Shown one piece after another: positions 23,759 to 33,344 of a stretch of 40,572 bases of DNA (within the stretch, counting starts at the first letter, position 1; each line of letters starts with the position of its first letter). A program made the translations under genes and the position numbers. Below the pieces are notes generated by a model. The model saw only the letters and a list, made by a program, of their open reading frames with translations. It ran no database searches and was not told the DNA's origin. The DNA is from Sphaeroforma arctica JP610 (taxonomy: Eukaryota). The stretch covers positions 159,075 to 199,646 of the forward strand of contig NW_014040519.1 of assembly GCF_001186125.1 (NCBI RefSeq), written 5' to 3'.

Positions 23759-23938
23759 TCTTAGAACATATATTTAAAAGTAAGTTTATTATCATATTGC
23801 AGGTCTAATATTTACATAGTCTCAATATTCTATGGCATGTATGCCACGCTGTATTTGCTTAACATGACATTTTGACACTCTGACACTCTGATACCAAATA
23901 TCTCTAGGGTTAGTTTGGGGGTTAAATTCGCTCCAACA
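23759..23938 (-). repeat. 5' LTR of copia D (180 bp)
   Basis: Begins TGTTGGAG on the minus strand; matches 15935-16057; flanked by TSD and PBS. Confidence 0.9.
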
Positions 23939-24379
23939 TCTGGTGCTACAGCCCCCCAACTTTGTGCTTCTTAGCCTGAGTAGGTTGATAAACTGATATC
24001 CTACAGTACTAGATCATCTAGAGATTGATGTTTCTGTACAGGGAAAACTCGTCCCTTAGGGGGTTAAGATGAAAAACCTGCCACCATTATCTATTCTTAC
24101 ATATTACCTAATTTAATATTTATACTGTGACGGGAGTTCTCAACCATGCTAATCGGAGTCGGTCTTGACCGGTGCTCTCGGTTGATCTCAACTTGGCTTA
24201 GGAAAACGCATCTCAATGGTGGGTCTACAACCGAGTCTTTGGTCCTTATCCCTCTGGTATGTGGGCGGAGCATACTTCAAGGTGAATACTGTGGGAGTGT
24301 CCCTTGGTATCAGTGAGACTTGGTTAATCCCCCCGCCTCGTGCGCTTTCTTTTACTCACTGATCTTTCATAAGTACTCG

Positions 24380-24540
24380 TTGCCGTTAGATATAGTGTAT
24401 GAACATCAGCATCTGCGATGTCTGACTCATGCGTCCAGGTGTCTAGGTTCGCTCCCCATGTGTCCATTGTAGTAGGTACTCTTGGGACGTTCACCACTTG
24501 GATGGACGGCCTGTGGTCGAGTATCGAGGAAAACTGAGTC
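24380..24540 (-). pseudogene. Chromodomain at gypsy integrase C-terminus (frameshifted)
   Basis: FSSILDHR..QEYLLQW..WGANLDTWTHESDIADADVHTLY. Confidence 0.75.
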
Positions 24541-24566
24541 TTCTCCGATGGTTGTACTTGGTTATT

Positions 24567-24985
24567 GAAAGTAAATTATTCCGGAGCATTGGCTTTTGTA
24601 CGAGTCCAATTAGCTCATCACTGACCGAGTTAGAATATTCCAGGGCTTCCCATCAAGGTTTCAGACAAAATATCCGTTGCCCTCCCTGCATACTATTTTG
24701 TATGGGAAGTAAGTTCTGCCGGAGCATCGTCTGTTTTACGAGTCCAATTAGCTCATCACTGACCGAGTTAGAATATTCCGAGGCTTTAGTCCCATCAAGG
24801 CTACAGACGAAATATCTGCTGCCCTCCCTGCATACTGTTTTGCAGGGAAAGTAAATTCTTCCGGAGCATTGGCTTTTTTACGAGTCTATTTAGCTCATCA
24901 CTGACCAAGTTAGAATATTCCGGGGCCTTAGTCCCATCAAGGCTACAGACAAAATATACGTTGTCCTCCCTGCATACTATTTTGA
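24567..24985. repeat. Tandem triplication, ~140-bp unit, in gypsy integrase C-terminal region
   Basis: ccggagcat...agctcatcactgacc.agttagaatattcc...ctccctgcatact occurs three times. Confidence 0.95.
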
Positions 24986-25423
24986 ATGGCACGCCATAGG
25001 GTGCTGTCATTTTGTTCATGTCAACTTAATAATGAACCTGGACAATGTCCCCTTCCTGGAAATGTACAAACTTCTTTTGGTATTTTTGATCGTATGCTGC
25101 GCGTCTTCTCTTGATATTGCCCAGCATTAGTGTATAGTTGTGGCCTGGTTGCCTCTTCTAGATTCTGCAGTCGCTCCTCCCATGATATTGTCGTACTGGG
25201 TGCGTTCACTGCTGCGTTGTAGTCCGGGAGTTGATTCTGTCTGCGATCAAAGTACACATTAAATCTCGGTGGTTTATGTCGTCTTGATGTGCGCAGATTG
25301 TGACCCATTTGTACGAAGGGAAGTTGTGAGCACCAGTTGCCTGGGGTTTGTTCAACGAATTTTCGTAGCAATTGTATGATGTCTCTATGTAATCGCTCGT
25401 TAGCACCTAAGACTTTAGGTTGG

Positions 25424-25930
25424 TGTTAGAGTACAATGTAGTAGACTTTAAATAAAGTGCAAATGTATGTATTTATTTCTGACCTCACCTTTGGTTTTAT
25501 ACCGAAGGTGTTTGTGCTAGTGTTCAGCCGCTTGGGGTGGCCAGGGTAAGGGGTTTTTCTTTAACACCTGCGGAACACTTTAACACTTCGATGTTTTTCT
25601 ATTTCAACTTCGCTGCAACTAAATCTCACGCTGATCACATGATGCCTTTCCGCATAGGTTGTGACTCACATAGAATCGCAGCTATTATTAATATGTTGTG
25701 GTTGACAGGCTTAATCCACTCTCGGGAATCGGTTGAGAAACTAAATCTGCTCTCGGAAGTCGGTAAAGTAATAACTCAACTCTTGAGAGTAATTTGAGCA
25801 ACTTGATTAGCTCTCGGGAGTGAGCAAACTCTGATGACTTAGCTCTCGGTAGTGAGCTAATTTTGATGACTTCCATAAATCAAAGATGGTTTCTTGCTGT
25901 AAAATCTGACCTGAGACCTGTAGTCTCTCA
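25424..25930 (-). repeat. Solo LTR family Y inserted in gypsy integrase core
   Basis: TGTTAGAG...CTCTCA; TSD GTTGG at 25419-25423 and 25931-25935; removal restores SRPYQPKVLGANERLH. Confidence 0.92.
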
Positions 25931-26519
25931 GTTGGTATGGGCGAGAGACTAGGTGTTGTGTCGGCGCTTGTTCAATGACTTTTGAGAGTATATCATTAAC
26001 ATATTCAGTGCCTTAGTCTGTCTGTATGATTTGTGGGAACCCATGTTCGCACATTATTGGAACCAGCGTGCGTGCTACATACAGTTTCTGCTGATTTGTC
26101 CATCATTGGTCCGAGTATTACATATGATGAGCTAACACATATGTGTGGCCTCTTTTTTGAGTCCAATAGTGGGTTGATGGTGTCCCTTCGAACTCTGTCT
26201 CCTGGAAAAGCGGCTGCGATTAATTGTAAGGGATGAAAACCCTTTTTGTGAATTTTATTTTTGAGACACGGTACACACCCTTCAATGTATCTGTGTACAT
26301 GTTGTTATATTTGTGGCCAATCGTATCCATCTGCTTGCAATTTATTTGCCGTTTCCTCAGTAGTGTAATGTCCCAAGTTGTGGTATTACCCGATGATGTT
26401 GTCGTGTGTCTCGTATTTAGTCTCATTCAATGCATCTCCAGATTTATAACTGCTTGCGATGCTGAAACGTGTATGACAGGTTGTTCCCGCGTTAAGTCAA
26501 AGTATGGAAACTTCACTCA

Positions 26520-26910
26520 TATCTTTGCTACGAATGTGACACCTCATGGGGACTTGCCACACGCTTTCGTGACGTGTTGTTTGTGTTTTCCATTAGCATC
26601 GGTTCTTCTTCTAGGAAATACATGAATTTCGGAAACCACATTGCATTTAGGTAGTAAGGTACACTTATCGTGATGCTGGTTGCCTCTTCAATGAATGTGT
26701 CGAGGACATCAGTATGAGTTCCCAAGGCGGGTTTGCCCATGCATTTACCATTTAATTTTCTGTGCCCACTTCTGTATGAGCGCATTCTGGTTTTTTTTGT
26801 AGTATTTATCTGTGTGTGCATTGCGTGCTGATGCAAACAGATCTACTGTGAGTTTCTCAAGCAGTCTTTCAGCTTCTTTATATAATCTGGGGTGTAGCAT
26901 TAAGTCTATA
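26520..26910 (-). pseudogene. Dam-like N6-adenine DNA methyltransferase domain between RNase H and integrase of the gypsy element
   Basis: DLMLHPRLYKEAERLLEKLTVDLFASARNAHTDKYY..NALIQKW..NAWANPPWELI..DVLDTF..ITISVPYYLNAMWF..CGKSP*GVTFVAKI; DLFAS at 26829-26843, NPPW at 26722-26733. Confidence 0.9.
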
Positions 26911-28609
26911 GCTGATATGGTTAGGGGCATGTTTATTACCAGGGTATTGTACTTTTGGCTGTTGTGTGTTGTTTTGTTCGCGTCTTTTAATTTCTCCGAC
27001 GTTTTGATATTAAATGTGAATTCGTGTAGACATGACAGAAAATATCTGTAATCTGGTTGTTCTTGCCTGGTACATGTATGATGGAAAAATGGTGGTGGGA
27101 TGTCTTTGCTATCCATTTGGCTAGTATTGGGTGTAACATCTATTGATTGTTCATTTGCGTGAGCGCTTTATGATCTGTCTATAGTGTTATGCATCCTCTT
27201 TTGATGTATTCAGAGAAATGTTCGAGACTGTATACCAGTTCTAGTAGCTGTTTAGTGTTTGTACCATAGCGTTGATAGGCTGGGCTCAGGCCTTTAGAAT
27301 AGTATAGAAAAAAATCTTCTGACTCCATCTTAGACTTGAAATAAACATCCTCCTATGCCATAGTCACTAATGTCGTTCATGATCTGGAACGGTCCCCCAT
27401 CAGCTGGATATGAGTGTCGCTGCTCGCGATGGCTTCTTCAAGTTTTTCCCACTTCGTTAAAAGTTCCGGTATCCATAACATGAACATGTTTTGATACATT
27501 TTGCCTTTATTAGGTTGCGGAACTGTTTAGTTGTGCAGGCAAAGTTGGGGACATGGTCACGCATATATTATTCGGTGCAGATCTATTTTTGTTCTGGTTT
27601 GTGGCCAGTCCATCATTATTTTCTGGGGGGGTTTTTTTTTATCAGCTTTGAGTCCTTGTGTGGTGACCTTCACTCTTAGAGTGTTGACCACTTTGGCCAC
27701 GAAGGCACATTTGTTGTGATCGAGTCGGAAGTTGGCTGTATTCAATCGTTTCATTGCTTTAAGATGACTCTTTGGAATTGTGCTGTGAGTGAGTCCAGGT
27801 CGAATGGCGCGGACTTGAGTTAGCATTGCCGCCCTTCTTCACAAGAATGTGAAGAAGTGTGGGTTTGCTTCATAGACTAAGAAGTGATGGAACCTTCCTG
27901 CGAGATCTAGTTTCGAGAAGATATGAGTTCCTTGTAGATTGTGTAATACTTTCTTTATGTTTGGAAGAACGAATTTGCCTTGTTTATATTGATAATTGAT
28001 CTCGCTTAAGTCCAAACATGATCTGACTTTCTTCAGGAGACCTGTTTGGTCATGTTCTCCTGTAGATAAGAAGGGTAAGTTCACCGTTGTCGGTGTTGTT
28101 CGTTTATATAGGTGACATCTTCACATTTTCATCCGTTTGTGGGATATATTTATATGGTATAGGTTTACTTTGGCGTGTCTATTTTGTCTAACATTGATTT
28201 CATTTGCAGGCGCTGCGACTTTAGAGCCTGGCAGGTTACAATATACGTCAGGGGGTATGTTCGCATTGGCCTCAAAGAGGTCTACAAGTGACTCTCTGAA
28301 CCCTTCTAGTTCGTGTTTTTGGTCTTCCTCATGTGGAGTGAGTAGTGATTCCTATTTTGCATCTGTTTTTTTAAGTAGATTTATCAATCCTGCTATGTAT
28401 ATACCTACGAATGGAAGAATGTTCATTCCTTGAAGTATTGGTGCCTCCTTATCTGGTAGGCCCAACACTTCGGAACACTGAGAGGATTTCCTTCCTCCAT
28501 ATTTAATGTCACATACTTGAATTGACCCTGTTCTTTGTATTCTCGCATTTGTTTGTGTTAGTTGTATATAGCCTGGTTGCGCTCTGACTGATGGGTATCG
28601 CATCCAGGG

Positions 28610-28955
28610 ACCAGATTATTAAAGAGCCAATCCAAATCCCGAAACCTCAGAATCATCAAGTATTGAGTATTGGAATTAGGGTTCAAATATTCCTGATATT
28701 AGAGTTATCAGAAATATTAGCGGTAGAACCGGTAAGCTATACCGGGACTCCGCGTGTGAGAGAAACACTCAAGTAGAAACCCAAGTCTAGTGAACTAGAA
28801 AACACAAATAAAGACTCAGTTCGGTTCTCTCAGCTGAAGGACCTTTTCTAGATGAGAAAACCGTACTTGAGAAGAGGACTATTGTATCCTTTGGCTCGTA
28901 TCTTTCAGCTACAATCCTCTCCATACTCTACGTAGGTACAGTTCAGTTACCTACA
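28610..28955 (+). repeat. LTR family X copy inserted in the gypsy protease (left boundary uncertain)
   Basis: Inverted match to 15601-15934; AATAAA at ~28807; ends ...CCTACA; separates DSGA from the rest of the protease. Confidence 0.8.
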
Positions 28956-30516
28956 TTTGTCCATACATAAGCGTTGTGCACCCGAGTCTACATGTTTGCC
29001 ATTTATTTGTATAATAATGTGTAATCTTTGGTCTCGTGGTAAGGAAAGCAAGGATAAAGACTAGTAATTTAAATCATTCGCATTTATTAACAACATTTCT
29101 TTATTTGTATTTACATTCAAATCAGGTCTGCTTCTGTCCACCAATTGTTTCAGGAGTCGTCGCTATCTGTTAGCTCCTAAGGTAATAGGTAGTCGTGCTT
29201 TGCATATCATTCTTGGCACGCTCATCAGCCTTCTCATTTTGATTTGGTGTCTTCATATGACATTGGCTAAATCGATGTGGGGCTGGTGATACCTTACAAC
29301 AAGGACATGCACGTGCTTTGCGCGCCCCTTTCTTCTCATGGGGCTGTCGTATTGTATTGGTGCGCTTTGGTGTGCCATTGTCTGGTCTGTGACGCTTGTG
29401 GGCAGAGGTAGTGGCGTTCTGTGTTTGTGTGAGTGGACCATGTTCGAGTTGTATATCTTTTAGTCTCCGTATATTCGGTCCGCCTGCACATTTGCTACCG
29501 CTCTTATGGATGCTTCTGTAAGAGAGTAGAACACATTTTGTTTCATATCTGATAAATGACCACTACTTCCATCAGGCAGTTTGTCTGCGATTACGTCTAC
29601 TTTGTCTTGTTGACAATAGTACACGAGTGCCTTGTATCTCGCTACCTTATAGTGACATGGACTTAAATAAGAACAGGTCGATACATTGAGGAGTAAACTC
29701 TGTAATGTCTTCGCAATTTTTCATTTTGAAGGAACTATCTTTCGATAACTTCGGAAATTCTGAGGCCTCTTGTAGTTTAGATAGTGCTGGTTCATTAACC
29801 TCGTCACATAAGCGTGAAGACATGATTTCTAGATCACTAATGTATTGACTGGTTTGAATCGCTTCATCCTCTTCGTCATCCCCACACGCATTAATGGTTT
29901 GATCGTATATTTTTCTGAGCTCTGTGTCGACCAGAGGCATGCGACGCTCAGGTTGCTAATAGTAGATGCCCACTCTCATTGTAGACTAGCGATAGCTACA
30001 GGTGCTGTTCCTTCTAGCTTGGTGACGAATCAGCTGAACAGGAAATAATTGCCTTCACAAATGCTCTTATCTATCTCTAAACGCATTGCTGACGCCTGGA
30101 TGAGTACCCCATTAGGTGTCTGTAGTTTCGAGCTGCTACCTGGGGTTGGCTCCCCTGCTTGGCTTTTGTCCACGCCATTCGCGTTAGCGTCACTCCCTTC
30201 ACCACCATACACCCCTGCTCTGGTTGCTGTTGACATCTTGAGTTGTCTGTGTTGTGTCGCAGGTTACTAATAAAGACTTGTGCTATATTCGTCCGAATGA
30301 GCGCTTCACCCCCCTTGTCTTTGCTAGTAACGTAAAAAATAATTCGTTGTAAATACGCTTTGCTGCACTTCCCTGTGAAGTGTTTACTGTTATGTGTTGT
30401 GCGGTAGTTTGTTGCGTTCCTTCCTGTGATTGGGAAGGTGTATTTGTTGTTTGTTTGTCATACTTATTTTGTCACGTATGGTTTTAGACATGTTTTCTCA
30501 CATTGGATAACAATCT

Positions 30517-30982
30517 TATTCTGTCGTGTGTGATCTTAGCTAAACTTATATTCTCATTTGAGATTTTAGCTTCTATTTGACACGTGTTATGATATATTGA
30601 TGTTCGGTCCTATATCGAACGGTTGTGTCTTACAGGAGTCAATTGTGATGTTGTGTCTTACAGGCGTCACTTGTGATGTTCGGTCGTATTGACGTCACCT
30701 TTGATATTCGGTTCCTTACCCATATTCTGTCGTGTGTGATCTTAGCTAAACTTATATTCTCATATGAGATTTTAGCTTCTATTTGACACGTGTTATGATA
30801 TATTGATGTTCGGTCCTATATCGAACGGTTGTGTCTTACAGGAGTCAATTGTGATGTTGTGTCTTACAGGCGTCACTTGTGATGTGCGGTCTTATCGACG
30901 TCACCTGTTATGTTCGGTCGTATTGACTTCACCTGTGATGTTCGGTCGTATTGACGTCACCTTTGATATTCGGTTCCTTACC
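30517..30982. repeat. 206-bp tandem duplication containing ~27-bp subrepeats (tgtgatgttcggtcgtattgacgtcac)
   Basis: tattctgtcgtgtgtgatc at 30517 and 30723; the second copy has extra subrepeats. Confidence 0.92.
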
Positions 30983-31060
30983 CAACTATGTCTGAAATAT
31001 TCTGTGTTCTACTTGAACCTATAAATGCCCTTCTCTGAATCTAATACAGTTCAGTGCGTC

Positions 31061-31703
31061 TGTGCGTCTGTGCTGTTGAGCTAATGTGTTNNNNNNNNNN
31101 NNNNNNNNNNCTAGACATTCGCTGTGACCCTCGAATTCGTGATGTTTCGTTGAGATTTAACATGTTCGTGCAATCTCATAGATATCTATACCCTTGTACC
31201 CAAACATTATTTGTTCATGTATTGGAATGGAGAGATCTGGTCACTTTGTATAGTGTTAACCCTTCTACCTTCGACGTGACGTGGTTACAATGCTGTGCGT
31301 CTGTGCTGTTGAGCTAATGTGTTCGTATTTACAGAGTTTTGTGTTGTAGTCAACTATATTGGAAGCTTATCTATGTTAAATAGCCACTATTCAATCCTTG
31401 TGTGCCCCTCGTACTTCGTTTAGATGTTCGCATTTCAAACCTATTTGATTCTTTGCGTACTAAGTGTTGGAGGTCTTGTTGGATGATGTGTGCTCTGTTG
31501 CTCTTATTGTAATCTTTTACTTCTAGACATTCGCTGTGACCCTCGAATTCGTGATGTTTCGTTGAGATTTAAGATGTTTGTGCGATCTCATAGATATCTA
31601 TACCCTTGTACCCAAACATTATTTGTTCATGTATTGGAATGGAGAGATCTGGTCACTTTGTATAGTGTTAACCCTTCTACCTTCGACGTGACGTGGTTAC
31701 AAT
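31061..31703. repeat. ~412-bp near-identical duplication spanning a 20-N gap, LTR-like end (TGTAACCAC on minus strand)
   Basis: 31111-31290 matches 31523-31702; 31061-31090 matches 31294-31323. Confidence 0.8.
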
Positions 31704-33344
31704 GGTAATAATTAAGCACTCATTTAGTGTCTTACGATCAGTAATGGATGATGCAGATTCGAACATGTCTTCATCAGGCGTTGAATATAAGCCTATATAA
31801 GCGACCAAATACACGAGATGATTTGCCTGACTCGAATTGTGCGGATAAATGCATTTCTCCTCTAATCATGGCACCAATGGTTTGCTTTATGAATTTTTAT
31901 TCCTCGGCCATTGCTGGAGTGTACAAAATTGTCGCTGTTTATTTCTCAGCAAAGTTCGATTCAAGTTCAAGAATGGATCGTGTGTTAAAATGATATGGTT
32001 CGTCTTCTTGTATAAACTTCGTATTTGGATCATTCCAATGCGAAGCTCCAAGATATTGTTTTGGAAAGGGCACATGGCAGAAAATTATCGGTAATATTAT
32101 TAATGACATCCTTATGAAGATTGGCAATCACGGCTATGATCAATGATAACAGGTTTGTCCACAGTGACAAGCATTATAAAACATGCTCGTGAGCCGGGGT
32201 GGCAACACTATCAACATGGCCACCAAATCATTTCACTATATACCAATGCTAAATGTGCAAGGTATAGCACGTGCGAATACAACAGACATGCTATGTACAA
32301 ATACAGAGAAAGGAGAACACACACTGATACGCAATGTACTGCAATGGAGAAAAATGACGCATAGATCTGTGGCAATTTAGACTACTTCGCCGTGAACTTG
32401 CTTGGGCTAGAAATAGCTTGAGGAGAACCCTCGATGTATGTCTACATCTAGGGAAACGAAGGCCGCCACTTGCTTGAGAGTGTTAAGCGGTCTCGGAGAA
32501 ATAGAGGCACAGACACTAAGAAAGTTTACTTGGTATCACAAACCAACGAATACGAATTAGTGGCTTCTGAGTGACAAGCGTGAATACTGAAGGTTCTTAC
32601 AGACGTACGTCCACACTACCTATATTCTACTGTCTACAATGACTTGTGAATATGTGGTACAAAATATCCAGGACTTCCTCTTTATGACCACATGCTTGTT
32701 TTTAGGACTCAAACTTGGGGTTCTCCTTCTTGATCGAACCCTACCTTGGGTCTCTAGCCTTCCCGTTTTCTCAAAGCGAGATCACCCCAAATATCCTTAC
32801 CAGGCTTCTAGTCTAAACCATTTTATTAAAAATTGTCGATAACTACTAAAGATTCGGTCTTTGCGAAAGTACTCGAGGTTTCAACTAGTGTTGCGATTAT
32901 ATCATAGCCTGATGCGAACCATCAGCGAGATATTCGGCGAATGTTTCGCGTAATCTAATTGTAGACAACTTATATCGTACCGATGATTAGTGCAGCCCAT
33001 TCGCGCAAAATCGCAGGCCTCAAATCCAATAGAGTAAACACTTATGATTGATACATGTCACAATGTCTCAGGGCGGCTTGTGATACAGCTCCGGAGATCC
33101 CACTTCATGGACAGCTCAGACTGAGTCTTCTAATCGTACTGGTTTAGTTTTACGGGCTGCAATAATCAAACAGAATGTCGACATCTAGACCGCACATTGT
33201 CCGAGATTAGGTATCCCGGCATCACATCCACAAACATACGCACAAGTGGCCGATACTTGGAAACTTAAAGCCAGCCAGAACCAAAACATAATTGTTTAAT
33301 CTTATTTACTAAGTTTATTGCAATTTTTCTTGAATTACAACCAT

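Larger units (their letters stand above)
15935..23938 (-). mobile_element. Near-complete Ty1/copia retrotransposon D (gag-PR-IN[with MTase insert]-RT-RNaseH), pseudogenised
   Basis: TSD TCTGG at 15930-15934 and 23939-23943. Matching LTRs 15935-16057 and 23759-23938. PBS GGTTATGGGC. Gag KLTGDKNFTNW plus three knuckles. PR INSGADISIV. IN WQVDLEG..GEF..HGGVER. RT YKARLVVRGF, MDVNTAFL, YVDD (~17785). RNase H DSDYA, EAEY, DNKSA, KHIDIR. Confidence 0.95.
24126..30300 (-). mobile_element. Decayed Ty3/gypsy chromovirus: gag-PR-RT-RNaseH-MTase-IN-chromodomain
   Basis: Gag CPCCKVSPAPHRFSQC (~29260-29310). PR HVDSGAQ (~28990). RT CLDLSEIN..LPNI..IFSKLDL..APFDL..FQRV (YxDD deleted). RH NDISDYGIGG, TDHK. 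IN YHNLGH..WP..CVPC and PYQPKVLGANERLH. Chromodomain ILDHR..EYLLQW..DTW. PPT-like GAGGCGGGGGA near 24330. Boundaries approximate. Confidence 0.9.

Noticed and set aside
23308..23938. Single 630-bp 5' LTR for copia D
   Set aside because: PBS at 23749-23758 and TSD GTATG show a separate solo LTR plus a 180-bp true LTR
24567..24985. CRISPR-like array (also the 27-bp repeats at 30.6-31.0 kb)
   Set aside because: Whole units repeat with no unique spacers, no cas genes, eukaryotic retroelement context
26520..28200. DIRS element (RT-RH-MT order)
   Set aside because: Flanked by aspartic protease, HHCC/DDE integrase and chromodomain; no tyrosine recombinase seen
32697..32710. 14-bp match to the LTR B terminus (tgtttttaggactc)
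   Set aside because: Similarity does not extend; a 14-mer match is expected by chance in 40 kb
31740..33300. Short ORFs between the repeat cluster and UTP4
   Set aside because: No recognisable motifs or consistent splice structure
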